Positions 17,701 to 31,497 are shown, numbered from the whole stretch's first letter. The stretch: 63,658 nucleotides of DNA, filler included, from Intoshia linei (GCA_001642005.1; 4 parts of 4 records of this genome joined end to end with filler, not necessarily neighbours in it), one strand, 5' to 3'. Made by a program: numbers and translations. Notes: generated from the sequence alone by a model not told the origin.

Positions 17701-20700
17701 TTTAATATTCTAAATTAAAGTAAATGTGGTGTAATTATATCATTACTGACTTAAATTATTATAGAAAAATAATTTACTTTTTGAAATGTTCTCCAATAAC
17801 ATAATCATTAAATCAAAAATCAAAAAAAGTTCTCATGTAATTGCATTCAATACATATAGAGAATCTTGCAAATGGCAACAATCAATAAATGAAATAATTA
17901 AAAATCGTAATATTATATAAATTCAATATACTTCTGTAAGTATTTGATCATTGGTTAAAATTTAAAACTTTTATAATGCTACCTGAAATAAAAGGTACCG
18001 TATATATGTAATTTGTAAACTTTTCTATAATTATAATCTATAATGATCATTTTAAACAGCCATTTAATAATACATTATTACGTATTCAATTATTAAAACA
18101 ATGTGACATGTAAGATTAATTTGAAATCAGTAATTTGCTGTAAAGCTATCTATTGAAATATTATAATCTATTTTATTTAAGTAATTGAATTATCATTTAC
18201 ATCATAACCTCTAGTTAACATCAGAGAACTCATGAATCATAAATTGATGTAAAATTTTAGAAACAGATGAAGACATTTCATTATGTAAAACATCAAATTC
18301 ACTGTTCTTTTACATTCAGGTATAATTACATTTACATTTTATTTTAATGATATCAAAAGAATGAACTCATCAATTCGACAATTTATCACATCCTGAAACG
18401 TTATTTTTCTTCATTTTCTTATATACTATGATATTAATAGTGTAGAGATTATAATACTATATACTTATTAATTATATATTAATAATATTCATATTCATTG
18501 TATGATTATTACTTACTACTATTGATTATGATTTACAACATTACTTATTGCTGTTATCATTTTTAATTTAGCTGATAATAAACAAGCTAAATATGGATGT
18601 ATGTCTTTATATATCCAAAACATTGAAATTATAGAGCCAGTAGAAATTAAACCAAGTAATTATAGTTATTTAATAATTAAAAATTTTAGTTTATTGTCAT
18701 ATAGAAGAAACTAGTCTATTATTAAAATCTACTGTTATGGTGGTACCCATCGACAACTTCACGTTACCTTTAACGGTATTAATTAAATTAAATATTAATC
18801 GGTTAATTTAAAATAAACATTAAATTTTCTGATTAATTAATTATGTTGATTTTATAGTTTTTACTACATCTTGATTCGCTCCCCCTTTTAAATTTATATA
18901 AAAAAATGTATACTTTTGTATACACGATACTAACAACAAAAAATACTACGTCCGTTATTTTATAAGTATAATTTACCCTTTTTTATTTTTAATTGATCAC
19001 CATTTAATTAATGAAATTCAAATTTAATGTTGTATTGAAACCCTATCTACACTTAAATTTTTAAAATATTTTCAATTTTTTATTATTAATATTTTCTATA
19101 ATACAATTTTCCAAAACTGTAATTAAATCTGCAACATTTTTTTTAGATTTCTCGCGTGACTCACTAAGGCGAACAGTGTATTAAAGTCAGTATTAAGGTT
19201 CATTCGTTTTTTGTCGAATTCAAATTAGGGTTTTTCCCAAAAAATAAATGTAAAAACCTCTCCAAAATGTGTAATTTACACTAATTTTATTACATATTAA
19301 CAATAATACTAATTCTAATTATTATAATGTTGCAATATTCATAATTTAGATTAATATAGGATGTAACAGTACCTGCCATATCACTTTTCGAAACCAATTT
19401 AAAGATCAGAATTTAGATGACGTCGTCAATATTGAGGTTAATATATTTATTTAAATACTAGAAAGATGTAACACGGTCTAAAAAAATTTAAGATACATTT
19501 TTCTTTATCTTATATATTTTTAACTATATTAACTATATAACTTATACTTATAACTTTTTAACTCTAACCGCTTGCCTATTGATTCTAATGAAACGATACA
19601 GAAATTGAACCAAAGCTGGATGGACCAGTGTCAAGCCTACAGTACCGGGGCTTCGACAAAATTTTTGCAAAAATAGGCCTCATTTATCCAAATTGTAGTT
19701 AAAAAATTATATTCTTGAATATCAACTATTTGGTGTGTTAAATATAAAATGTCATGTCAAGAACCTTATAGAGGTGGCTAGGGACTATATTATACTACGA
19801 TCGTTTGCAAAAAAGGTTTTAGGTATTCCGTTTTCATTTTCGGTAGCTTGGTAGTTGCGGCTCTTGCTGGTACGTGCTTATCATTAATGCCGTTGAATAA
19901 ACCGAAAACCGATTACAAGATCTTACTAAGATTATAATTGTAAAATTTGGTATATACAAATAATAATGTATGTATTAGGGTGTACTTTTTTAAAGAACAC
20001 AAAGTATATTTCCATTTATGTGTGTTTTTCTGTATTGATCACGACTAAACAAAAATAAATACGTTTAATTGAAATTTTCTCCGCCTATTTTTTAAAACGC
20101 ATATGATATTTATTATTTTAGAAATTTGAACTGTTAACTTATAATTTATCATCCATTCGTTAAAATTTATATTAATTTGAATTAATAAAAGTAGACACCA
20201 AAATAATATAAAATGATTCAATGCTAATAAAATGGTGCGATTGAACTTTCCTTATTCATGTATTGATCATGATGGGAACCCTCCATTCCTAAATTTCTTT
20301 ATCTGAATAATATAATGTGATACATTATATTATTTTTATATATTCTCGGTAAACTGCGATTTACTATTACTATGTTATATATTTAAATACATAATAGGTA
20401 CATAAAATATATAATAATATCAATGGCTAGTACTGGTTCACATATTTACCGCCAGTGTTCACTTTAAGGCTTCTACTCTTAGGGCACCCGATTTTTTTTT
20501 ATATACGCCGCCATAATATCTGCAGCACTAAGATTTTTTCTACTGGACACTGGAAAATTTTACAGGGTACACTTGATACTATAACAACATAATTTAATAA
20601 AAATTATGTTCTTTATTAAAAAATTATTAAAATAATTTTAAAATTCAAAAAGATTGTAATTTTTAGAGCAAATTAATTAAACTAAACAAACAGTTTAATT

Positions 20701-23603
20701 AACCCGTTGACTAAATTGTTACTTTGAATAAGTTATAGTAACACCATCACATATATACATCACATATGGTCACACCCTAGTACACATTTATACATTTATA
20801 TAATATTTATAAATGTTTTCATTTTACCCACCAAGTGACAATAATAAAATTTTTCGTCCCAGCTCAGTGTTCTGGGTTGATATTATATTTATAATCAAAA
20901 TATAGATAAACACGGCTAAACTAAAATCAAATGTTTGCTCCAACTTAACTATTAGACATGGAAAATATGTAATAAAATCAATTTTTTTAATAATGTAATA
21001 CATTATAATGTATAAATTAATAGTAATTATTAATAATATATGTTAGTTATATAAGCATCAACCTTTTTAAGATGGGAAACCAAGTTTGAGAACGGCTTTT
21101 GTAAATGGCATATAAGTTATGACCGTAGTTCTGAAATATGCTACATACTGCTTTGAATCTTAAATGCATTTTTTTATTCATGTTTGTCTTTGAAATGTAA
21201 TACATTTGAGAAAAACTTATTTATTTTATTAAAATATAATCAACGTTAAAATGTGATAATCTCATTAATTTATTTACATTCAAATTATTATTACACGTAT
21301 TAATTACATTTATAATTATAATTAATACAAATGGAATATTGAGTATAATCTTTTATGTACTGTCAAACTCCTTCAATTTGTAGTCAATGGTTTGTTAAAA
21401 GGTGAGATCAACCCCAAATGGGTACCATAAATAAATATAAAAGGTAATACTATTAAATAAATTTGATTTTTAATAAAAATGTAAACGTATTTAATTAATA
21501 TGTATTTTTATGAAAATATTAAAAGTAATGTGCCCAGTGGTACTTAAAAACTAAATTTTAATGAAAATTTTTCACCATTGAATGTCTTAAATAGTTTTGA
21601 CATTAAGTTACGATTATTTCATATTCCAAAACACCCTAGTGAACAGTTACTAATAATATAAAATATATTAAACTTTTTTTCAAATTTTAAGGAATTCACA
21701 TTGATGGAGTTTGATTGTAACTCAATTTAATAGATGAAAATTGATTCCTTGCAACAGTTTATCATCTATAAAAATAATCCAGAGAAAGAAATTGAACCTG
21801 GATATTTATATTTTGGTCAAGAAATTGATGATCCAAACGTGTAATATTATTTTTATGATGGACTTGTTAATTATTTCGATTTTAAATTTTAATGCAAGGT
21901 CCTAAAAATATTTTGTCCATCAGTGCAAAAATAGGTGTTGACTCCAACGAGTATTACATTAATAGACTATTATTAGTTAAGAAATTATGCTAAAACTTAA
22001 AATATATAATTTTATGTTGAAATCACCAAAAAAATCCATAATATAATAATGGAAATAACTTGACGTGAAATACTATTTAAATTTATTGTTTTAATTCAGA
22101 AATTTCAGATAATAAACTCCGAAATTGATTTTTAATTTAAAAATCACTACCCATTGTGACCCTTAAAAATTATTTCAAAATTTAAAAAGTTAAAAATATT
22201 TTCTACGTATAAAATACGGCCACACTACTAGAAATGGCTAAGTGTAATTATTAAGACACGCATAATGAAATATTAATTAACCATCCTGATTTACTTTTAA
22301 AAATTTCAATTTAGAAGTATTTTCGTTTTCAATCACATAATAAATCTAATAGATAAATTTGGTAAATAATGGAAAAATAGGTTATACATTATTTATAGGT
22401 TTACTTACTGTAGGTGTATATCGTATACCCGGATCTCAGACCAGTATCGATGATTTGAAAAAAATAGCAAATACGGGTACATTTTATAAATATAAAATAT
22501 TATAATTTTATTATTTTTATTATTATAAATTTTATAAAAATAGATAATTAATTTTAAATAAATAATGTTTGCAATATAAAATTCATTTGACAGATATAAT
22601 CAAATTTTTAAACGATATATCTCAATGCGATGTCACTATTGTAGCCTCATTACTTAAATTGTACCTTAGAGAACTAAAAACTGCTCTAATTATACCGTCA
22701 ATTGAACTACAATTTATAAAATTAATAAGTAATTTTAAAATGAAATATAATTAATCCAAAAATATTTTAGATGATAAAGAAATGAATAATAAAGAAAAAC
22801 TAAATAATATTTTCACACAAATGAGTGAAAACAAAAAAGCCATTTTAAAAAAATTAATGATTCATTTATCAAAGTACTTTTTTAATTTATATTTACATTA
22901 CGTACATTAGTGGAATTACTTTAATGGAGGGTTGCCAAGTATGTCCAAATAAATTAAATGACTTGTGTATTACAATATATATAGTATATATTATACATAT
23001 TGTATACCCATTTTAAATTTTACAATTAACAGATACGTAAATGTTGAGTGATTGCAGGCCTCGGTAGGATCTAATTTATTTTAATTATTATTAATAATTT
23101 TGAATTGTAAGTAGTGATTTGATTCAATTGTTTAACCGTTAAGAAATTTTTTTTATAAAATATATTAGGAATGACTTAAATATTTTTGTAATTTTTAGTA
23201 TCATGATACAAGCCAAACCTTTTAAGTTCGAGGCAACTAGAATATGAGGAATAGGTCCCTTAAAAAAGTTTCAAAAATGATGCGTAGTGAAAAGCGTTTA
23301 AAACACAATACCAAAAATTGACTAACTTATAAGATATAACTAAAGGATTATTAGCAATCTTTGATAATTATTAACATTACAATATAATTTAATGATTCTT
23401 ACATTATTATTATATTTAGAGTGGTGTCAAACAAAAATGTAAATATGATGGGAATATCAAACATTGGACGAGTTTTTGGTCCCAATCTTTTTAATGAGGA
23501 TAAAGTTGAAAATTCTGTAAACTCGTTTAAAAACATGGCTTCAATGATGTTAATAAGAAATGCTATTGTTGAAAAAATTATCTATGCTTTCATGGAAGAA
23601 TGA
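14702..23603 (+). CDS. BCR/ABR-like RhoGEF(DH)-PH-C2-RhoGAP protein, ~20 exons; start uncertain
   Basis: PH start YIIKSTIALEKMSYGRKKLRFILMTKEELIC (~16578-16710), compare BCR GARKLRHVFLFTDLLLC. Then KEWIIPY and IAFNTYRESCKW. C2-like YGCMSLYI/VYCHIEETS. RhoGAP GLLTVGVYRIPGS, DVTIVASLLKLYLREL and VNMMGISNIGRVFGPNL. Helical DH-like exons at 15430-16540. Confidence 0.8.
15790..16135 (+). repeat. Intronic tandem repeat, ~88-92-bp unit x4 (family D)
   Basis: Unit AAATTTTGGTG..TTATTGGCGCCATTTT..TTTTACACAGGTAATATTTCATTAATTTCTATAATTACTA repeated four times. Two more units at ~26975-27125. Confidence 0.88.
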
Positions 23604-23999
23604 ATGTAAAATAAATAGCACTAAATTATTTGTATAGTTAAAATTTACATTTATCTCTTATTACACAATAAAAATCTAAGTCATCCCCAGTAGCTATATA
23701 AGCAATATCGTGTAATAAAATAATAGGTCTAATAAAATAGTTTTATTTAAATTTTAATATCAGCAAGTTTTAATTAATAATTTTTAATTAAAATTAATCC
23801 TTAATTCACTCATATAAATTAATACCATATTTGTCAGTTATTTGAATCGGAATAAATAGCAATAGTAGGTTTAATGCAATGCTTCTCGTGGGGGTGACTG
23901 GTCAACCCAAGGGGTGAAACGAAAATTTAAATTATTGTAAGCGAATTTACAATTTTCAATATATTTCATTAAATAATCCAATTTAATATAACCTTATGA

Positions 24000-24300
24000 G
24001 AAAAAACTAAAATTTTACCAACCATTAAGAAAGAAATCCCTTTTTACCAATATTTTTTTAAAAATTCATTTTTACCAAAGTTTTAGAATAAAAACTATCC
24101 TATATGATTCCAAAAGAAAAAACCAAATTTTACCAACCCTTAAGGAAAAAAATCGCTTTTACCAATATTTTTATGAAAAATCCCATTTTACCAAATTTTT
24201 ACATCAATAATTCTTCTGACTGATTCTATAAGAAAAAACCTGGTTTAAAAATTTGAAAAATCTTTTTTTACTAATATTTTTTTGAAAAAACAATGATTAA
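24000..24300. repeat. Dispersed satellite-like repeat of TTTTACCAA subunits (family C)
   Basis: ~118-bp higher-order periodicity. Related blocks at ~37470-37580, ~39590-39760, ~43200-43390 (inverted) and ~61025-61250. Confidence 0.7.
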
Positions 24301-24419
24301 TTTTTCGGTAAATAATTAATAATAATTTGACAACATAAAAAAGTTCCATTAAAAACCAATTTGTTAATGCATTAGAGTGGAAGACATAAAAAAAGATATC
24401 AGTGACTGCCTTGATTTTG

Positions 24420-24595
24420 TATGTCTTTCGCTAAAATTTGAGAAACTGGGGCAAAGTCAAGAATGTAACTTTTTGATTAAAATATTTTAAATAGACATTG
24501 AATAAAATCTCATTTTAATTTTTCAATTTAAAGTAAAATGATATATTGCATTATGATGAGATGTATTGCCCACGGCCGCACGTTGTGCACCCCTG
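24420..24595 (-). mobile_element. Truncated copy of the hAT MITE at 43648-43898
   Basis: Ends in CGGCCGCACGTTGTGCACCCCTG. Its internal sequence is the reverse complement of ~43648-43800. Confidence 0.75.
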
Positions 24596-24596
24596 G

Positions 24597-24952
24597 TCTG
24601 GCTAAAGCTATATTAAATATATTTTCATCTACATATTCTTGTGAATCGTTATTTTCCACATTTAAATAATGTCAAAAATCATAAAAGGAATAGACTTCAC
24701 GATGAAACCAGTTTGGCTTGTGTAGCGTTAAAATCAACAAGTTATGAACCTCCCATTGAAAAACTTGCAGTTCAATATTTTAAATCTAAATAAATGTAAA
24801 AATTATTTTTTTAACTCATTTTCAATCATCAAGTTGTTCGACTTAATTGACAGTTTTGATTGACCTAATATTTTTTTAATAAAAACACGAGAAAAAAATT
24901 TCTGAAAATAGTATTAACTTAAACACCTAGTTTTAGTTTGCTGCCATCACTG
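24597..24952 (+). pseudogene. hAT transposase C-terminal (dimerization) fragment and right end
   Basis: IFSSTYSCESLFST / (frameshift) NNVKNHKRNRLHDETSLACVALKSTSYEPPIEKLA, followed by the TIR-like ..GCCATCACTG. Confidence 0.75.
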
Positions 24953-25280
24953 TTCTATATTATACATAAATAAAAAATTTTTAATTTTCCCGGGAAATCA
25001 CAATCACTAGTAAATGCAATGTACATTGTATATTGTACAATAGGGGTGTTCCAAAATTTTCAAGTTACTAAATTACCAAACTGTTAAATCTATAAAACTG
25101 ATAAATTATATATTAATAGTATATATTTGTTTACTAACACTACCATAAAAATGAAATAATTGGCTTCATGCATAATAAAAATAAACCAATAAACAATAAA
25201 ACAAAAAACTTTATTGAAATAAATTTTATACAACTATAATTTATTGACATTTAAATTATTAATCCGTTATATTTACATTA

Positions 25281-28200
25281 ATGCCTATTCAGCAAAATGC
25301 CCATTTCCATTACAATCTAATAGACATTGAACCGATAAGGGTATATCTACAACATTTTAACGTTAACGTTTAATTAAAATTAGATAAGCATTGAATGCGT
25401 TGAATGTAATGTAAAAAGTGAAACAGTTCAGGTTGCGGGTCCTTTGGTTAAAATGACCATTGAATCATCTGAAATATGGACTATATATAGACACGATCAA
25501 GACTTGGCTCAATTGTATTATCTATTATGTTCTTGTGTAATAGACCCAGAAATGGTGAAATATGAAAATTTCCATTTAAATGTTGATGTGTACTATCAGG
25601 ACATACCAAAACGTGATAAACAAATGATTGAAATGTTTAAATACTTTTTTGACAAATTTTCACATTATATCAACAATTCTTTAACCTGCAATCAAGTATT
25701 ATTGTGGTTTGAAATGAATAAATTTGGAAAATTTGTCAATAGTATACCTTTATGCCGTGACAATAATTTGATTGAAGCTGAGGCAATTTCAGATTTTATA
25801 GGGTCAGAAGACGGAGAATTGACATTTAAAGCAGGGGACACTATCATTGTTCTCGATATGCCTAATGTTAGTGATGAAAATAATATTGATTTTATTTGGT
25901 GCCGTGGAAAAGTTGGAAATGTTTCTACGTCTTTGAAACTTGTAATATTTTTATTTAGAAATATGGATTTTTTCCGAGGGATAAAATTTACATTTCTTCC
26001 AGTAACTATAAGAAATCAAAGAAAAAAATTTCTAGTAAAATTTATAAATTCTTTTTGTAATTTCTATAATTATAGACATCGGTATGAAGAAAAGCAAAAT
26101 AGCTTCCATTTTGTCCATTTTTTTGAAATTAAGACCAAAAAAAAATACTCTTAAGTCACGTGGCATTCTCAAAGAAAGGGTTTTTGGTTGTGACATTATT
26201 GAATTGTGTGTTACACGAAACACTTTTAGTATTTATTATTTTATTATGGGGTTTTAAGCTTATTTCGAGTTATAATCTTAACTAAATTTGTTTAAAATCA
26301 AAAATCTATATAATTAATTATAATAATAAAGATTCACTTAAATTCTAAGATTCAGATAAATTTTTAGGGGCACGATTGATCTAAAATCTAGTGTTTATTT
26401 TATAGACAATGTTTTTTACACATGTTAGAAAAATATAACTGCAGTGATTCTTAAAAATATTTGACAATAATTTTTTAATTTTAATAGTTAATAAAGCATT
26501 GTATAATTTTTTTTGGTAAAACAATTAAATTCCATAAGTGTAAGTTGGGTTGATAAGTTTAAAAATTTTTAATTTCAATTGATATATTTTATCATTTTAT
26601 CATAATTTTTTAGTTCCCATTGTTTTAACTAAATCTACTGCCATAATTGAAAAGTATGGCGCAGTTGAAGGTATATATAGAACTTCTGGTCATCATAAAA
26701 TTACCAAAAAATTAAAAGAGTTGTTTGATTCAGACACCTTACCAAATTGCGAAAAGATTATTAATGATAATAAATTTAATGTGCACTCTTTTGCATCCCT
26801 TGCTAAATCGTTCTTTGCTGAATTACCTTCTCCAATTGCCAACTTTGATTACGTTGAAACTTTTCATAATATTAAAGTAATTTAATTTTTCGTTTCATTT
26901 ATATTACAAGGTTGATCAAAATTTGTTGTGATCGAGATTTTCCAAACCATTTCCCATAGATATTAAAGCAATTATTAAAATTTTGGTGTATTTTCATTGG
27001 CGCCATTCTTTAATAATTTTTATACAGGTAATATTTCATTCATTTTTCTTATTACTATCGCAATTATCTAAATTTTGGTGTGATTTTTATTGGCGCCATT
27101 CTAAAATATTGTGTATACAGTTAATATCAAAATACAAATGTATTTTTAATTTATTAACAGGTTAAAATCATATATAATAACAGCCTTGTATTTATATCTT
27201 AGGACGATGAACAATCTATAGAATATATTAAATGTGAATATTCAAAATTAAAACCAACCATAATTAGGTATATTAAAGTTTATATTTAAATGCATTTATA
27301 AAAAATATAATAGAATTTTAAAATTTATACTGAAACATTTGAATTATATGATAAGTTTACAAAATGTAACATATATGAATGCCAAAAATTTGTCAATAAT
27401 TTGGTCTCCTTCTCTTTTCAAGTAATTAATATGTTTATGTATTTAGATTCTAGAATCTATATCAATGATTTAAAGAAGGAAGAATTGTCTTGTGTTTTCA
27501 ATTTTTCGGAAATACTAATTTTATATTTCAAAAGTGAAGATTAACTAAACAAGATTTAGTCTATTTTTATATAAATAAATAACAACTTTAAAATCTAGAA
27601 TCAATTACTAAAATTGAATTTAATTCTTAGTAACATTAATTTATATATTTTTGTAACTATCGAATTTCAAATTTAATTTAAATTAACATTTATTGTTTTT
27701 TAATTTTTTTCACGTAATACTTATTATTCAGGTCACAGAAAATATATCGAGGACAGAAGGTTGCCCAATGGGCAATGCCCATTCCTGTTGTATATAATTA
27801 TGTTTGATCAATGTGAATATTAAATTGCGTTATATTTTGGTTCACAACGAAAATAGATTCATATTATTAATATATTTATTGATATAGAGCATTTATTATA
27901 TTTAGTAATTTACAAGATTTAAATAATATTACATTGGCTGCAGAGTACCTTGCTTTTAATATAATAAACTTTTCAAGTATTTTTGATTCAGATAAAAATA
28001 AAATTGGTAATATACTTTTAATTATTGTTTATATGTAAATAGCTCGTAAAACTTTTTTGGATGCAAATATTTATGAATATACTGAAGCTAAACATAATGA
28101 AAATGGGACCAATGATCCTTTCATTTTAAAGAGGTAAAATTTTCACTAAATTTTTTTTGATATTGTTTATACTTTATTTTATATTGCATTCATATTTAGA

Positions 28201-29176
28201 TTTTCATTACGAGGTGCCGTTAAAAATTTATTTAAAAAAATGCGTAATTTAATCTATCATTTTAAATTAAATTGTAACTTTAGAATACAGTAGTAAATTA
28301 AATCTAACTAGAGCTAATTCTATTGGCGTAAAACTTAAAATAACCCAAGAAGATGACGCTATATCTACAATTCCTCCAACCGAAGCAATAAAAAACAATT
28401 ATTTCTATTCAAATGGCTTACAAAACGTGAGATTAAAGTCTCTAACACCTATTTCAACAAATCACATTAAACAGGAATATTTTCATAATCTGAGCAGTGT
28501 TGCATCAATGAAATACTTAAATAGTTCAAAAAATATGGTTGATTTACAAAAATCAATGAAACCAAATTTAGAAACCACTGTACATAATCCAAAATTATTT
28601 TATGACCAACCAACTAAATGTACGTCAATGCGCGGTTTGCCGAGACCACGAAATACATCAAACAAAAGAAATGTTTCTTTTTTTAATAATAATTACAGTT
28701 CAAATTTGTTAAATTTAATGCCAAACCAATCTAACATGTTAAAGTGTCAAAAATTTCAAGAAAGTTCAAGTGAAGAAAGTACACATTCGAATGATATCGA
28801 TAATGATGCAGAACCTATACAACCTTCCAAAAATTATAAACTAGATAATTTATCGATTGGAATAAGATCAACAAATTTTTTAAACACTCCACAATCTTCT
28901 CGTAAGACTAGAATAATTAATAAAGATGACAATACTTATTCTCTTAAAAATTATGATCCTAATAAAAAACCTCAATTTGAAAAATTGAAGATTAAACCAC
29001 ATTTTGAATTAGATTTAAAAAAAAATGGTTTCATTTCTAATATTCAAAATATAAACTATCTAAACAGAAATCAATTAGAAACTCAAAAATTAAATCGATC
29101 AAAATCTTGCATTTCAAAACCACGAAATAAATTGGATTCGAGTAGATTAAATATCTTTGAATCTAAAAATTTATAA
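25281..29176 (+). CDS. ARHGAP32/33 (RICS/TCGAP)-like PX-SH3-RhoGAP protein
   Basis: MPIQQNAHFHYNLID (compare CAHFHYENV). PX WTIYRHDQDL...CNQVLLWFEM. SH3 AISDF...ELTFKAGDTI...WCRGK..KYGFFP. LRPKKNTLKSRGILKERVFGCD. GAP VEGIYRTSG with the arginine finger intact, and MNAKNLSIIWSP. Low-complexity last exon to 29176. Confidence 0.88.
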
Positions 29177-29207
29177 GTGAATTATATTTATTTTATTTTT
29201 ATTTGAA

Positions 29208-30433
29208 TTAGTGCAATCTTCGAATGTGGCTGTCGTGTGCAGCATGAGAGGCAAATGTTTTTCCACAAACTTTACACTAGACATATTAGTTTAATTTTTA
29301 GTTTTGTGGTTTTAATTACTTTGAAAGGCTTTTCTCCAGAGTGTTGCCTAATATGGGTTCTAAAATGCAATGTAAATTTATAATATTGTTATTTTATTTA
29401 ATTACCGAAGAATACTCGATGCCGTGAAGGATTTGTTACAATATACACATTTGTATGGACGTTCTCCTGAATGAACCTAAATTACAAATTTATTTATTAA
29501 TTGTGATCTTATTGTCTTTTTATCAGTTAAGGTTTACTCTTTTGTGTTTATTTAAACTTGAAGATTGACTAAATTTTTTGTCGCAACATAGGCAATTATA
29601 CGGCTTGTATTTTTCATGAACATGCAATCTAAAAGTAAAAGGTTCATTTATATTTTCTACCTTTATAAGGATTTTATATTGAGTACCATTTTATTATTAC
29701 CCATATTATTATTTTATAATAAGACTAATAATTAAATTACACGTGAATTCTTAATCTATCTTTTTTTTCAAACGATCTATTAAATTCAAATCATTAGCTT
29801 TTTGACAAAAAATAAAACCTTTTACAAAGAGTGCAGGGAAATTTTCGATCTCCCAAGTCCATGCATCTAGTATACTTTAAATGTTTTTTACGATACTCTG
29901 AATTTGAAAACAGTTTTTTACAAAATTGACACTTGAATGTGGCGCCGTTTTGATCAGATCCTATTTCAGTGTTTTGAAATTTCAAAGAAATTTCTTTATA
30001 TTCTTGATTTATTCCCATCGGAACACCCATGTATAAATCATACATGCTACCGTACCACACAAGTAACTCTTCGCCTTCAATTAAATCTTTTGATACTTCA
30101 TAGTAAATTTCCTGTTTTACTTGTTTCATTAAAATATTTGATTCGCCAAAATTTCGGGCACAATTTATTAATGACATCCAATTTGTTTTTGCACCGTCAC
30201 CATCAATGTACTGCATCAATCCGAAATTGTTGTAAATCTAATTAATGTGTATTATCTGAGGTTTTTTGTTTACCTCCCACATTGTGCAATTGTTTGTATA
30301 TGTTTTTATTTCACTAGTGTTTATGCACTTTCCAATGAATGGGCCGTATACTTTACCCGCTTTCATTTTTTGGGCACAAAATAAGGAACAATGTGTTATG
30401 TTTGCTAGTTGAACATATTTTATGCATAATTCT
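29208..30433 (-). CDS. PRDM14: PR/SET-domain C2H2 zinc-finger transcription factor PRDM14; N-terminus unresolved
   Basis: PR domain YGPFIG..MWE / YIDG...NWMSLINCAR..ELLVWYG. Spliced zinc fingers DRKFPCTLCKRSFEKKDRLRIH.LHVHEK..FSQSSSLNKHKRVHSGERPYKC..FTASSILRTHIRQHSGEKPFKC..FASHAAHDSHIRRLH closely match the PRDM14 array. Confidence 0.92.
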
Positions 30434-30950
30434 AAATAGAGATATTGATTTACATGTAAATAAACCATAAGTACATTACTTTAAAAAAAATTTATGTATC
30501 TTTTGTGACATTGTTAAACTTAATTTTTTATATCATCAGACATCAGTTCTTATAGTACATCATCAATGTGTCTGTATAATGTGTATTTATAATAACTACA
30601 CTGTATTCACTATATGCAGGATAAGTAGTTCATTTTTGTATCTGTAAAATCCTTACTTCTACAAAGTAATTTAGCTAAAAATGTATATCCGTCTGTTTGT
30701 CAGAAATTGAGTCTTTTCAAGGTCTTTAAAACACAAATTACACCCCCGACAAAACGTTAGAGCACCCTATAAAAATGATATTAAAACCATTTTCTGGATA
30801 AAAATTAAAATAAAATTTAATAAATTTAGAAAATGTCACTTATCTATGACATATCAAAGTGTATAAATATAATTTATTGCAATTATTTATTGCTATTTAC
30901 CCCAAAATATTTATTTTCATTATCGATCACGCGACAAAAGTGCTCTAAGA

Positions 30951-31050
30951 NNNNNNNNNNNNNNNNNNNNNNNNNNNNNNNNNNNNNNNNNNNNTTAATT
31001 AATTAANNNNNNNNNNNNNNNNNNNNNNNNNNNNNNNNNNNNNNNNNNNN
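30951..31050. other. Assembly gap with artificial TTAATTAATTAA linker (also 58261-58360 and 60925-61024)
   Basis: Three identical 100-nt N runs with a central TTAATTAATTAA, which gives stops in all six frames. Confidence 0.95.
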
Positions 31051-31497
31051 AGATAATAAAATTTAATTTAAAGTTAATTAATTGTAGTGATATTAAGTTT
31101 ATATGTTTTGTTTCTATGGTACTATGTTGAGCACGAGTAACGTTTTGATCTCAGAGTCGCCACTGGTATTAATTAAATTGGATATTTGTTTCCATTTAAA
31201 AAAAATAAATGAGAATCTTCGTTTACAGTGTCAACTTATATTCTCGTTTTAGAATATTAGTTATAGAATACAAACTGAACTCATATGGTAAAAATGCTTT
31301 TGTAAAATAAAAATAAGTTTATACTATAAGTAAAAAACAAGGTTAACACATACAGTTTTTTCCATTCAAATGAAAAAGTTAAAAAAATTGACATTTAATT
31401 TTTTTACTTTGGATCGAAACGGATAGTTAGTATGTGTAATATAATGTGTATGTATAATGTACTACCTGTGTAGCATTACTAATTTTAATAAATGTAG

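Noticed and set aside
24660-24770. Candidate first exon of the ARHGAP32-like gene
   Set aside because: The peptide continues a hAT dimerization motif (STYSCESLFS). The gene has its own in-frame ATG at 25281.
30951-31050. Palindromic TTAATTAATTAA repeated at three loci
   Set aside because: Always centred in identical 100-nt N runs, so it is an artificial scaffolding linker.
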